Shown here: positions 33,331 to 46,275 of the stretch, one piece after another
How positions within the stretch are numbered: position 1 is the stretch's first letter
Layout: each line of letters starts with the position of its first letter
From: Macrostomum hystrix
Taxonomy: Eukaryota > Animalia > Platyhelminthes
Direction of reading: 5' to 3'
Length of the DNA stretch: 64,000 nt
Assembly: GCA_950097015.1 (NCBI GenBank)
Contig: CATNEN010000034.1
Coordinates: 3,534,001-3,598,000, forward strand
Made by a program: the position numbers and the translations under genes
Notes under the pieces: model-generated
What the model was told of the DNA's origin: nothing
Databases searched by the model: none
Seen by the model: only the letters and a program-made list of their open reading frames with translations

Positions 33331-34304
33331 ATGGTGCCATTGATAATCCAAGATCCTTTATCCGTTGGAGGCCACCGCTAATCCAGTTCTGACCCTTGTC
33401 CTTCATAGGGCGGTTCTTAATCCTTCAGGTTCAATCACCAATCAGTTCCTAATCCTCCATATGGCTCGTAATCGTTAAATCCTACCCTGCCACCTATTTT
33501 GGAATTGATCATAAACTAGTCCAGGTGATATTTTTATAACATTTCCCACCGTTTATGGCCTGTCTGTCTTTAATAAGAGTTTTTTTCAGCTCCCATTTAT
33601 ACTGAAGCAATCAATTGAAGCACAGACACACAATAAGGCCTATTTCCTACCAATTGTAGATTTAAAATATATTACTTGACTTCTTACCCCAAGTTCTATT
33701 GAGTAGAAGTTGTTAAATTTAGCCTAGTGTGTCTTGCTAGTCTATTCTTATGTTGACACATTGCGGTCAATTAATTTACTTCGCAAATTCTCTGAGAACG
33801 GATTTCTAAGCACCTTTTCAAATAAAAAACGCTAGCATACTCCCAAATCCCGGGTCGGGGGGTGGTGGGGTCAACATCGCACAGCACCGTCAACACCTGC
33901 CTAAATTCACAGTTGTGTATTTCTCAGAAGGTTGCTTATAAGTCAACTTTTTTCCTTTTTATATTCAAAGCTACATGCGGTCTTCGTGTGATTTCCTAGG
34001 CACGGTTGTTCTCCTTAAAAACATTCCGTTTTGCTGCTTTTTTGTTAAAAGAGAAACTGGCATTGGCTCTTTGGCCACAGTTTGATGGGCCGAGCCGCGG
34101 TCGCGTGGGCGGGCCCGGCTGTCATTCAGACCTGCTCTATGCAATTGTTTTCTTCTCCTCTATGTTTTCTCATACTCGTTTATCCTAACCAGCATCGCTT
34201 CGAGACCTTTGCAGTTTTTTTCCTGCCCTCTGGCCTGAATCAACAGGGGGCGGCAATGTGCTTTGTCTCAGGAAGCATTTGCTCCTTTAAGTCTTTAAAT
34301 GTGA

Positions 34305-36120
34305 ATTGGAACCGGGACTTTAATTGGGATCTGGGACTTTAGTTGGGATCTGAGACCTCAATTGGGATCTGGGACTTTAGTTGGGATCTGGGACCTCAAT
34401 TGGGATCTGGGACTTTAGTTGGGATCTGGGACCTCAATTGGGATCTGGGACTTTAGTTGGGATCTGAGACCTCAATTGGGATCTGGGACTTTAGTTGGGA
34501 TCTGGGACCTCAATTGGGATCTGGGACTTTAGTTGGGATCTGAGACCTCAATTGGGATCTGGGACTTTAGTTGGGATCTGGGACCTCAATTGGGATCTGG
34601 GACTTTAGTTGGGATCTGAGACCTCAATTGGGATCTGGGACTTTAGTTGGGATCTGGGACTTTAGTTGGGATCCGGGAATTTAATCGGGAACCAAGACTT
34701 AATTGGGATCTGGGACTTTAGTTGGGATCTGGGACCTTAATTGGGATCTGGGACTTTAGTTGGGATCTGGGACTTTAGTTGGGATCCGGGACTTTAATCG
34801 GGAACCAAGACTTAATTGGGATCTGGGACTTTAGTTGGGATCTGGTACTTTAATTGGGATCTGGGACTTTAATTGGAATCTGGGACTTTAGTTGGGATCT
34901 GGGACTTTAATTTGGCTTTCGGGACTTTAATTGGGATTCGGGACTTTAATTGGGATCCGGGACTTTAATCGGGAACCTAGACTTAATTTGGAATTGGAAC
35001 CGGGACTTCAATTGGTATCCAGGACTTTGATGGGATCCAGGACTTTGATTGCGATCCAGGACTTTAATTGGTATCCGGGACTTTGATTGGGATCCAGGAC
35101 TTTAATTGGTATCCGGGACTTTGATTGGGATCCAGGACTTTAATTGGTATCCGGGACTTTGATTGGGATCCAGGACTTTGACTGAGAACCAGGACTTTTA
35201 TTGGTATCCAGGACTTTGATTGGTATCCGGGACTTTAATTGGGATCCAGGACTTCGATTAGGATCCAGGACTTAGATTGGGATCCAGGACTTTTATTGGG
35301 ATCCGGGAATTTAATTGTGATCCAGGACTTTGATTGGGATCTGCGACTTAATTCGGGAACCAAGACTTTAATTGGTATCCAGGACTTTGATTGGGATCCA
35401 GGACTTTGATTGGTATCCGGGACTTTAATTGAGATCCGCGACTTTAATTGGGATCCGCGACTTTAATTGAGATCCGGGATTTTAATTGGGATCCAGGACT
35501 TTTATTCGGATCCGGGACTTTAATTGAGATCCGGGACTTAAATTGGGATCCGGGACTTTAATTGAGATCCGCGACTTTAATTGGGATCCGCGACTTTAAT
35601 TGGGATCCAGGACTTAAATTGGGAATTGGAGCTGGGACTTTAATTGGGATCCGGGACTTTAATTGGGATCCGGGGCTTTAATTGGGATCCAGGACTTTTA
35701 TTCGGATCCGGGACTTTAATTGAGATCCGGGACTTAAATTGGGATCCGGGACTTTAATTGAGATCCGCGACTTTAATTGGGATCCGCGACTTTAATTGGG
35801 ATCCAGGACTTAAATTGGGAATTGGAGCTGGGACTTTAATTGGGATCCGGGACTTTAATTGGGATCCGGGGCTTTAATTGGGATCCAGGACTTTTATTGG
35901 GATCCGGGACTTTAATTGAGATCCGGGACTTAAATTGGGATCCGGGACTTTAATTGAGATCCGCGACTTTAATTGAGATCCGGGACTTTAATTGAGATCC
36001 GGGACTTTAATTGGTATCCCGGACTTTGATTGTTTTCCGGGACTTTGATTGTTTTCCGGGACTTTGATTGTTATCCGGGACCTAAGCTGTAATCTGGGAC
36101 TTTAATTGGGATCTAATTGA
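34305..36120. repeat. 19-bp minisatellite (ttgggatctgggactttag / ttgggatccgggactttaa), heterogeneous
   Basis: Visible tandem units with an alternating dimer at the 5' end. Confidence 0.95.
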
Positions 36121-36868
36121 GATCTGGTAGTTACGCTCGTAGATCAGAATTTAGTATTTGAAATAAAGATATAATCTGTAAGTAGCATGAAATTGTACCC
36201 AATTGACCAATATTTTACCACAGATCCTCCTCTCTGATCTCCTTCCCCACCCGCTCGCCCAAGCCTTCCGTGACCTCTGCATTATCTTACAATCGCATTG
36301 ATAATCCTTAGCAATTGAAGCCAGTAATGCATAGCCATGCAACAAATAAATGCATTATTATGGAAGCCCTCCCCTGTTAATATATAAGCCAAACGGAGGC
36401 AGAGGCAACGCCTACCGCCCTGTCATATATCACACACACACACACACACATGTCTGGTTTGCGTGCCGCTAGTGTTATTTCCAATTGTGCCATTTCTGTG
36501 TATAAAGAAAATGTGGAACTCCATTATTTGTGCGCGCCCACGCAAAACCTTGACTTACGTACAGCCGGTGGGGGGGACTAGCGCAGCCTGTGCAGCCTGT
36601 GCAGCCTATTCCAAATATGGCCATTCTAGTACAGCTGGATAAGCTGCCTGTCCTAGCTCTCCCTCCCCCTGCCACCCTCTCGGTCCCCAGATTTTGACTG
36701 CCTCCTGTCCTTACATCATCCACTGTTGGCAAGTGTAATTAGCTTATTTAGATCATTCTTCACATTAAGTTGAAACAATAAACAATCCGTGTCACTTGGC
36801 TAATTGTTAACGATGCTAAGATCTAATCTAATCTAGATTGATTTGTTTTTATTCTTCTGTCCAGAGTC

Positions 36869-37032
36869 TGCGTACAGATCTATTCAGTCCATGGACTGGG
36901 TGGGACCGCCACACAACCCAAATTTCTATTCCAAATATTTCTGATGCCCCATTTCTAATTTTGATGAACTGACGCAATTGACAATTGACCTGAGGTTATG
37001 AGTCTTCTGCTACAAGTTCACTAAATATTCAC
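36869..37032 (-). mobile_element. Degenerate SINE family 2 copy flanked by a 12-bp duplication of the splice acceptor
   Basis: tgcgtacag..ttcagtccatggactggg..gccacac matches 23035-23085; ctgtccagagtc at 36857-36868 and 37033-37044. Confidence 0.7.
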
Positions 37033-37040
37033 CTGTCCAG

Positions 37041-37535
37041 AGTCCATGGCTCTGCCAAAGGCGGTGCTGGATCGCTACCAATTGTCGTCTGACGACGCCG
37101 CCTATGTGCAGGACAACTACCCGGAGATCATGACAGCCTACAAGCGTCTGCTAGCCGTTGGCACCACAACCGCATCTGGCGGCTTGTCTATTGCTGCTAG
37201 CTGTGCCTCCGGCTCCGCCACGGCAGTCGTTTCTAATCAGCCGCTGCCGCGTCAGCAGCACGGCTCCCTGCTAGCCTCTCTGTCCTCCTGTTCAACAACT
37301 GCCGCTAGTCTATTGTTTAAATCCGAGGCTGTCTCGCCGGCCTCCTGTAGTTCAGCATCGGCCACGCCTAGCTCGGCTGCGTCGGCCGGTGGCGGAGTCA
37401 AGCGTCCGCCGTCCGAGTCGCCAACCAATGCCCAGATGCCGTTTAAGAAGCGACGGCCATTGAGTAGCACAGATTTTACACCTGTGGCGGCAACTCCACC
37501 TGGTGGCGGTGGTGGCGCGTATCGAGAATATTCCG
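37041..37535 (+). CDS. Exon of the uncharacterised S/A/G-rich protein (MALPKAVLDRY..., PFKKRRP basic motif)
   Basis: ccag acceptor 37039-37040; GC-rich open frame; donor G|gttagt at 37536, phase 1; ATG 37046 is a possible alternative start. Confidence 0.75.
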
Positions 37536-37619
37536 GTTAGTTAAAAAAAATTCGCGGTTGCTTTGAAGTGCTTGTCACTGTTTTGACTCGGATCTGCACT
37601 CGGATCTTGTCACTATATG

Positions 37620-37790
37620 AGACTATGATCTGGGACTGGGATTGACAAGCTGGGACTTGGATTGTGATCTGGGACTTGGACTTAGACTGTGATCTGGGAC
37701 TTGCAATTAGATTGTGATCTGGGACTTAAATTATGAATTATGAATCGGGATCTGGATTTGGGACTTGAATCGGGATCTGGATTTGGGACT
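37620..37790. repeat. Degenerate gatctgggact repeat in an intron
   Basis: Same core as the 34305-36120 array. Confidence 0.75.
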
Positions 37791-37919
37791 TGTTGCTTTG
37801 GGAAAACGAATTCCCTAAAGGACTGGGGCGCAGGTCAGTTCTGAAGAACAAATTGGGACCTGAATCGGGATCCGCAAGTTCTATGGGACATATACAGCAG
37901 CAAGTGTTGGCCATTGCAG

Positions 37920-38176
37920 GCGGCTTTGATCGTCGGTCAGCTAGCGACGATAGCGCGGCTGGCTCGCAGCCTTCACAGTCGCATTACGATCCGCACAACC
38001 AGAGCGCGCAGACAGAGGAGGAGCTGGTCCACATCAATCAGCCGGCAGCTCGGGAGGCCGACGCAGCCACCGCGCTGATCTCATTCGGGACGCACAATCG
38101 GGACCCGGCGCAGTCGCAGGATCTGCAGAAGGAGCTGGTCACGACTTTGTACAATATGCGGAGCTCGCCTATCTGT
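37920..38176 (+). CDS. Exon of the uncharacterised protein (GFDRRSASDD...EADAATALISF...SPIC)
   Basis: ttgcag acceptor, phase 1; donor TGT|gtgagc, phase 0. Confidence 0.75.
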
Positions 38177-38267
38177 GTGAGCTGTCTCAACTGTGTGACT
38201 AGTGTTTCTTAGTCTGTCCTGGAACATGTTGTATATCAGAACTGTTTTTTCCTCATTTTTACATCAG

Positions 38268-39110
38268 CCTCGCTACTCCGTATTCACCGAAAGTCGCTCT
38301 TTGGCCGCAACCGCCGCCGCCAGCAACGTCGCCGCTTCCTCAGCGGCCGCCTCCGATGCCGGCAACTCCTCCTCTGCCGACTGCGTCAACGTAATGCCCG
38401 CTCCTTTGCCATCGGCCAAGCCGCTGCCTCGACCGCGGCCGATGGTGCCCCGTCGAGATGGCACCCTAACTGAGCTCGGCGCTGGCGCAGCAGCTGGCGC
38501 AGCGGCAGCTTCTTCGTCAACTTCGATGTCCAATTTGTCAACTGGCTCGACTTGTTCGGCGTCTCATTCGACAGCATTATCGGCGACTGCGGCATCGGCG
38601 GCGTCAGTGTTCACCACCAGCCTGGCACCTTCTGTGCCCATGCAGAGCGTCTTCCGGCCCATACCGACGCCTGAGATCGCTCCGCTGAGGCGCGCCGGCG
38701 GATCCACGACTCCGGTCGGGCACAGCCCGCTACAGACTGGAAGAAACGACACGCCTACGGCCATACGAATCATTCTAGAGCTGCAGGGCAGTTCAGGCGG
38801 TGGCGGCGGCTTGTCCGAGTCGGCTGCATCCATCGGCTCGGGTTCCTTGGCTGGCGGCGGCGGCGGCAGCGGCGGCAGCGGCCGACTGCAAGCACTGCGC
38901 GGCGGTGTTAGCGTGGATCACTTTGAGCACATGTTGCGAGCCAATCCGGGCGCGACTCCCACTTGGCCCCTAACCAGTGGCGATAGCAGCCCAGTCAAGC
39001 TAATGATATTGCCTAGTAACCAGGTGACAACCGCGTCCTCGGGAGCTGCTGCTGCTGCTGCTGCTACTAAATCGTCCACAGATTCCGCTGGTCAACAGCG
39101 GAAAACCTGA
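38268..39110 (+). CDS. Last exon of the uncharacterised S/A/G-rich protein
   Basis: tttttacatcag acceptor, phase 0; 280 GC-rich open codons; TGA 39108-39110; AT-rich 3' flank. Confidence 0.78.
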   Translation, partial: PRYSVFTESRSLAATAAASNVAASSAAASDAGNSSSADCVNVMPAPLPSAKPLPRPRPMVPRRDGTLTELGAGAAAGAAAASSSTSMSNLSTGSTCSASHSTALSATAASAASVFTTSLAPSVPMQSVFRPIPTPEIAPLRRAGGSTTPVGHSPLQTGRNDTPTAIRIILELQGSSGGGGGLSESAASIGSGSLAGGGGGSGGSGRLQALRGGVSVDHFEHMLRANPGATPTWPLTSGDSSPVKLMILPSNQVTTASSGAAAAAAATKSSTDSAGQQRKT

Positions 39111-40026
39111 CTAGGCCTTATAGATTATGCAATGTGGTAAAAGCAGCACGTGGCGTCATATGCAGCGAATGATTTATGATTCTAATTTACTATGCATTGG
39201 CCTCAACTGGTTCTACTTATTTCACTCTTACCGTGTTTCCCGTTTTTCGTATTATTAATTATTTTCTAGTCACACAATATTAAGTTTCATTTCTAACAGT
39301 GTCCTTAAAATTTAATTTTGTGCTTTTATTTATGAATATGGCTATTGTTTCTTTTGTGAGGTGTTATTGTGTCAATTATTGCTTAATTAGTTGTTACTTC
39401 TACCGGTTTAATTAAAAACTGTTATATTATATACCCCTCGCTTGCTACTCACTGTTTAGCTTTGTTTTCTCAACGCAAGTAGTCTATAATGCGAGCGTAC
39501 ACATTTTTTACGAAATAATGTACACACATTGATTTTTTTGCCTTGTGTATAAATTAATTGGTATGCTTACTGTAGCAGCTAATTCAACTGCTAAAACAGT
39601 ATAAAAGTGGAAATTGCCTTTTATTGTTCTCTCGATTCCTTCTAGTCTATTCATAGTTGGTCCTCATTAACTGATGTAAATTACAATATGAGTATCAGCT
39701 TTTATATGTGTTTCTGCGTGTCCATTAAATAACGCTAATGTATAATAAGATTCTAATGATTCTAAAGAATAGAAACTAATGTCATCGCTCGCTCAATATT
39801 TTAACTTACCGTTAGCGCACCTTTTTCTATTGCTAAAACTATTTTTGCTAACAAAAACGTGGCCAATATTTTTTTAATAGCAACAAGCGCAAAGTAGGTG
39901 TAAGAGATTACCAATAAATTTCTATTAACATTGGCTATGTGGTATTGTTTTTACTATTTATTTTATTCATCTAAAAAATAGGATCCTGAGGATTCGAGCT
40001 CACGACCTCGCATAAAAAGATAATTC

Positions 40027-40132
40027 TCAGGCAGTGAACACTCTCACTGTGCCTTTAGGGTTGGCCCTCAAGGGCCGAAGTTGCACGACAAGCCTCGCCG
40101 CGGAATCGAGCTCGAGGACCTTGGTGTAAGAG
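40027..40132 (-). mobile_element. SINE family 1, internally deleted fragment
   Basis: cactctcactgtgcc..ggttggccctcaaggg..ttgcacgacaagcctcgccgcggaatcgagctc. Confidence 0.75.
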
Positions 40133-40309
40133 TATATGTGCGTTACCACAGTCCCATTGTTAAGATAATAACGCTGAATCTGTTGTTGTTTTGTTGGAAT
40201 GCAGCTGATTTTATAATTTTTTCTATTTTTAGACCTTCGAGTGTCTTTATTTTTCATCTCAGCATATTGAAGTTTTGCTTCGCTCATTGTAAGCACTTTA
40301 GTGGGATTC

Positions 40310-41275
40310 AAAATCTGGGGATTTAGGATTGGATTGACAATCTAGGGATTTAGGAGTGGGATGTACAATATATGGATTTTGGAGTGGGATTTAGAATCGA
40401 GGGATTTGGAAATAGGGTTGAAAGTAAAGGAATTTTTTAGATTTGGATGCATAATCTGGGGATTTAGGAATGGGATTCACAATCTGGGGATTTAGGAGTG
40501 GGATTCACAATCTGGGGATTTAGGAGTGGGATTCACAATCTGGGGATTTAGGAGTGGGATTCGCAATCTGTGATTTAGGAGTGGGATTAGAAATCTGGGG
40601 ATTTAGGAGTGGGATTCACAATCTAGGGATTTAGGAGTGGGATTCCCAATCTGTGATTTAGGAGTGGGATTCACAATCTGTGATTTAGGAGTGGGATTCA
40701 CAATCTGGGGATTTAGGAGTGGGATTAAAAATCTGGGGATTTAGGAGTGGGATTAGAAATCTGAGGATTTAGGAGTGGGATTCACAATCTGGGGATTTAG
40801 GAGTGGGATTAGAAATCTGTGATTTAGGAGTGGGATTCACAATCTGGGGATTTAGGAGTGGGATTAGAAATCTGGGGATTTAGGAGTGGGATTCACAATC
40901 TGGGGATTTAGGAGTGGGATTAGAAATCTGGGGATTTAGGAGTGGGATTCAAAATCTGGGGATTTAGGAGTGGGATTAGAAATCTGGGGATTTAGGAGTG
41001 GGATTAGAAATCTGTGATTTAGGAGTGGGATTCACAATCTGTGATTTAGGAGTGGGATTAGAAATCTGGGGATTTAGGAGTGGGATTAGAAATCTGGAAA
41101 TTTAGGAGTGGGATTAGAAATCTGGGGATTTAGGAGTGGGATTAGGAGTGGGATTCAAAATCTGGGGATTTAGGAGTGGGATTAGAAATCTGGGGATTTA
41201 GGAGTGGGATTAGAAATCTGGGGATTTAGGAGTGGGATTAGAAATCTGGGGATTTAGGAGTGGGATTCACTCTAG
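40310..41275. repeat. 27-28-bp G-rich minisatellite (atctggggatttaggagtgggattagaa)
   Basis: Visible tandem units, diverged at the 5' end. Confidence 0.96.
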
Positions 41276-42269
41276 CATGTCCGCAATCTGAACTAGAAAC
41301 GAAGTATTTAAACTGCACTCTAATCGCAAAAGCACGAATTTGATCTATGTTCTGGGCATTTATTGCGTCGCTTTTCTATTACCAATACCGCATTGCCGTT
41401 TTTCGACTGTTGTTTAAGCATAGCAAATTTCTAGTAAGACTTATTATAACTGATGGTGTCGTGTTGAACAAATTTGCCAACTAGAAAGTTATAAACTGAC
41501 GCCCGACCAGAGTTATTCAGCGCCACTGAAGAGATTTTTCGCATCTCGCTTGTTTTCTTATTATAACAATTTTGAATTTCGAGTATAGTCTATTGTAATA
41601 TAGCAAAGTTCAACCCTTCGCGAGCGCCAAAACAATATTCCGCTAGTTTTGTTTTAATCTATTCAAATATTATTGTTCTGGCCTTATTCTCGCTTGCTCA
41701 TTAGGTTTTTTATTCTACATTATTGAAATTGTTTACAAGCATGCTTATATATATTTATATACTATGAGTGTGCTTCAAGTTCTGCAATACCCGCTAACTG
41801 ACTGCTAACCGTGTGCCTACGATTTACCTTTTCTTTGTTTTACTATTGTTTTTAATATTAAAAGTAGCTCTTTGTCGCCTCCTAACGACTATTTTTTATT
41901 CCTACGCAGCCGCAACTACCAAGCAATGCGACTCTCCAAGAGTTGCTGTCAACATTTTTACAGTAAAATGCTGGTGAATTTTCACGCAATTTACTCTCCA
42001 GTCGCTACTCTAAGTAGGCCGCACTGAATATTTGTATTGAAGTGTCTCTATGTGCGTTTTTCTCTCTCTCACGTTCGGCTATATTCCGCATCTTGTTGGC
42101 TTCACTCGCTCTCTGGTTTTATTCTTTGTTTTCTGTTGTACCGCTAGTGTGTGTTTTCTCACGGAAATCTATTCAACTAAACTATATAGCGCCTGTTTCA
42201 TCTAGTTTCCTGATCAGTTGTCCTGATACTAAATTCCCCCCCCCAATATACCATCGGAGCATTTCCCAT

Positions 42270-43020
42270 TTTCCATTCCCACAAATATCCCGTCGATGAA
42301 GTCCTCCTCCCCTATCCACAAATATCCCATCGATGAAGTCCTCCTCCCCTATCCACAAATATCCCATCGATAAAGTCCTCTCCCCATCCCACAATTATCC
42401 CATCGATAAAGTCCTCTCCCCTTCCCACAATTATCCCATCGATAAAGTCCTCTCCCCTTCCCACAAATATCCCATCGATGAAGTCCTCTCCCCTTCCCAC
42501 AATTATCCCATCGATAAAGTCCTCTCCCCTACCCACAAATATCCCATCGATAAAGTCCTCTCCCCTTCCCACAAATATCCCATCGATAAAGTCCTCTCCC
42601 CATCCCACAATTATCCCATCGATAAAGTCCTCTCCCCTACCCACAAATATCCCATCGATGAAGTCCTCTTCCCCTTCCCACAAATATCCCATCGATGAAG
42701 TCCTCTTCCCCTACCCACAAATATCCCATCGATGAAGTCCTCTTCCCCTACCCACAAATATCCCATCGATGAAGTCCTCTTCCCCTACCCACAAATGTCC
42801 CATCGATGAAGTCCTCTTCCCCTACCCACAAATGTCCCATCGATGAAGTCCTCCTCCCCTATCCACAAATATCCCATCGATAAGTCCTCTCCCCTATCCA
42901 CAAATATCCCATCGATAAGTCCTCTCCCCTTCCCACAATTATCCCATCGATAAAGTCCTCTCATCTTCTCAAAAATATCCCATCGATGAAGTCCTCCTCC
43001 TCTACCCACAATTATCCCAT
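42270..43020. repeat. 35-36-bp minisatellite (atcccatcgatgaagtcctctcccctacccacaaat)
   Basis: About 20 visible units. Confidence 0.95.
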
Positions 43021-43298
43021 CTACAAACTCCAGTGTGTCAGTACTAACCGTCCCGCATAGGCACATTTTGGGTTAAACACTGCTTGCCGTTCCACTTCTG
43101 TCAAGTGTTTTTGCTTTTTCGCATCATAACAATCCATTGTGCGAGCATAGTAAGCGTTCGTCGAGGGCATTGTAGCAAGTTTTCCTGCTTTTTGTGTGGC
43201 TGTAGAAGACAGTTTGATTCAGTTGTTCTTGAATGCTTTTACAACCTTTTATTACTATTTTAATATTATTGTGCAGTTAACTAGCATCAAAATTTGAC

Positions 43299-43420
43299 TT
43301 CATTAGCTGAGCAGTGATGCGGTCCAGCTCAAATCATTAGCTGAGCAGTGATGCGGTCCAGCTCAAATCATTAGCTGAGTAGTAATGCGGTCCAGCTCAA
43401 ATCATTAGCTGAGCAGTGAT
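43299..43420. repeat. 34-bp tandem repeat x3.5 (tcattagctgagcagtgatgcggtccagctcaaa)
   Basis: Visible units. Confidence 0.92.
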
Positions 43421-43829
43421 TCGTAAGAAGATACCGATACACAAGCAAATATCTTTGTCTGCCTGCTCTACTTCTAGTCTCGAAGAATTTCAGATTACAG
43501 GCAGATCAGTTGTTTACAATCGCAGACAGCAGAGAAGATCAATATTGTGTAAATTGTCTTCAGCTATTCGACTACGCCTTAGTTTCGCCTTTTATCTGCT
43601 TTCAATATTACTCATTAGTAGTAGTGTCATACGCTCTTGTGTTTGTTTCTTTTGTATTAAATCTGCTAAACAAATATAAACTAATAAAACGAATGCTTGT
43701 ATATTATGAATGCTGCTCTTCTGGTCCGACCTGTAGTTTTGATTCTATGTTTGAAGAATCTAAGTTCTATTCAGCTGAATGTCTTATGAAACCATTTTCC
43801 TTTTTAACAACAAGAGAAGAATGGGACTG

Positions 43830-44490
43830 AAGGAAATAGAACGAGAAGAATAGAGCGAGAAGGATAGTATTAATAAGAGGAGGAGGGTATGAACAAGAAG
43901 AGGAGGGAATGAACGAGAGGAAGAGGGGATGATCGAGAATAGGAGGGAATGAAAGAGAAAAGTAGGGAATTTTTGGGATTTGGGGATTAACAAGAAAAGG
44001 AGGGAATGAGATAGAGGAGGATGGTATGAACGTGAGGAGGATGGTATGAACGAGAGGAGGGTGGTATGAACGAGAGGAAGAGGGAATGATCGAGAATAGG
44101 AGGGAATGAGAGAGAGGAGGGTGGTATGAACGAGAGGAGGGTGGTATGAACGAGAGGAGGGTGGTATGAACGTGAGGAGGGTGGAATGAACGTGAGGAGG
44201 GTAGAATAAACGAGAGGAAGAAGGTATGATCGAGAATAGGAGGTAATGAACGAGAGGAGGGTGGTATGAACGAGAGGAGGGTGGTATGAACGAGAGGAGG
44301 GTGGTATGAACGAGAGGAGGGTGGTATGAACGAGAGGAGGGTGGTATGAACGAGAGGAGGGTGGTATGAACGAGAGGAGGGTGGTATGAACGAGAGGAGG
44401 GTGGTATGAACGAGAGGAGGGTGGTATGAACGAGAGGAGGGTGGTATGAACGAGAGGAGGGTGGTATGAACGAGAGGAGGGTGGTATGAA
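43830..44490. repeat. 20-bp purine-rich minisatellite (gaacgagaggagggtggtat)
   Basis: Homogeneous 3' part, degenerate 5' part. Confidence 0.93.
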
Positions 44491-45292
44491 CATCTGTTTT
44501 CCGTTTTTCTAAAGATATGAATTAAGGGATGTCGCAGTGAGCAGCAGCAGGTGATGCTGTGGGTCGGATTAAGTTAAAACAATAAATTTTCGTTCCGGCG
44601 CAACCTTTTTACCTGGAATTTCTGCCTGTAGTAGCAGCGCCTGTCTGCACAATCTGGCCCTTGTTTTAGAAATTTCAAAGCTTTTAACTGGCCCGTCATA
44701 AAGAATTGGGGCGCTAAAATATTTACCCGATCGGCGTTGGACAAGAAGACTTGTGCTAAAACCAAACCGTTAAAATATAAGTTAGTCCTGCAGGGGCACA
44801 TCTGTTTACTGGCGGACCTTCGACAACTTGGGCGCGGTGTGAAGCTTTATTGTCTCCCCGTTTGTCGTTTCATACTTTGTTCCGTCCATATTTTATTTGT
44901 GGGATATTTTATTTATTGTCGTGCCGCATTTGCCGACTGACTGTGTTTTTATCTGGTAGTGCTTCTGGGGCCACCTTGATGCTTACTGGGCTCACACAAA
45001 GCATTTGCATTTTTTGGCATAAGAGAAAGCTAAGCCTGCCTAAAGCCCTGTTAAATCCCATTTCTACTCTGGGATCTCAATTTTTATAATCAGGGTCATA
45101 TTTTACCATATAGCCCGTAACACTGCTTAACTGTCTACCTAGGTTTCGAATATAATTTGAGCAGTGCCATCGTGCTGAGCTCATCCTTTCACCGTGAATC
45201 TCATCTTGTGTGAAGCAATAAACCTAGCGGCCTCCATTAGCTAGTGCTCTAACTGCAACACCAGATAAGCCAAAGATATCTGTGAATCAACT

Positions 45293-46275
45293 AACACTCC
45301 AGTCCCATCCAGCCTAACATCCCACACTCCAGTCCCATCCAGCCTAAGATCCCACACTCCAGTCCCATCCAGCCTAATATCCCACACTCCAGTCCCATCC
45401 ACCCTAACATCCCACACTCCAGTCCCATCCACCCTAACATCCCACACTCCAGTCCCATCCACCCTAAGATCCCACACTCCAGTCCCATCCACCCTAAGAT
45501 CCCACACTCCAGTCCCATCCACCCTAACATCCCACACTCCAGTCCCATCCACCCTAACATCCCACACTCCAGTCCCATCCACCCTAACATCCCACACTCC
45601 AGTCCCATCCACCCTAACATCCCACACTCCAGTCCCATCCACCCTAAGATCCCACACTCCAGTCCCATCCAGCCTAACATCCCACACTCCAGTCCCATCC
45701 AGCCTAGCATCCCACACTCCAGTCCCATCCAGCCTAACATCCCACACTCCAGTCCCATCCACCCTAACATCCCACACTCCAGTCCCATCCAGCCTAACAT
45801 CCCACACTCCAGTCCCATCCAGCCTAGCATCCCACACTCCAGTCCCATCCACCCTAACATCCCACACTCCAGTCCCATCCACCCTAACATCCCACACTCC
45901 AGTCCCATCCACCCTAACATCCCACACTCCAGTCCCATCCAGCCTAAGATCCCACACTCCAGTCCCATCCAGCCTAACATCCCACACTCCAGTCCCATCC
46001 ACCCTAACATCCCACACTCCAGTCCCATCCAGCCTAGCATCCCACACTCCAGTCCCATCCACCCTAACATCCCACACTCCAGTCCCATCCACCCTAACAT
46101 CCCACACTCCAGTCCCATCCACCCTAACATCCCACACTCCAGTCCCATCCAGCCTAGCATCCCACACTCCAGTCCCATCCACCCTAACATCCCACACTCC
46201 AGTCCCATCCACCCTAACATCCCACACTCCAGTCCCACGCCATCCTAACATCCGACACTCCAGTCCCATCCAGTC
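45293..46275. repeat. 30-bp minisatellite (agtcccatccaccctaacatcccacactcc) x~32
   Basis: Units in perfect 30-bp register. Confidence 0.97.

Noticed and set aside
36381-36620. TATA-like tatataag and CArG box ccaaatatgg as an internal promoter
   Set aside because: Such short motifs are expected several times by chance in this window; no supporting evidence
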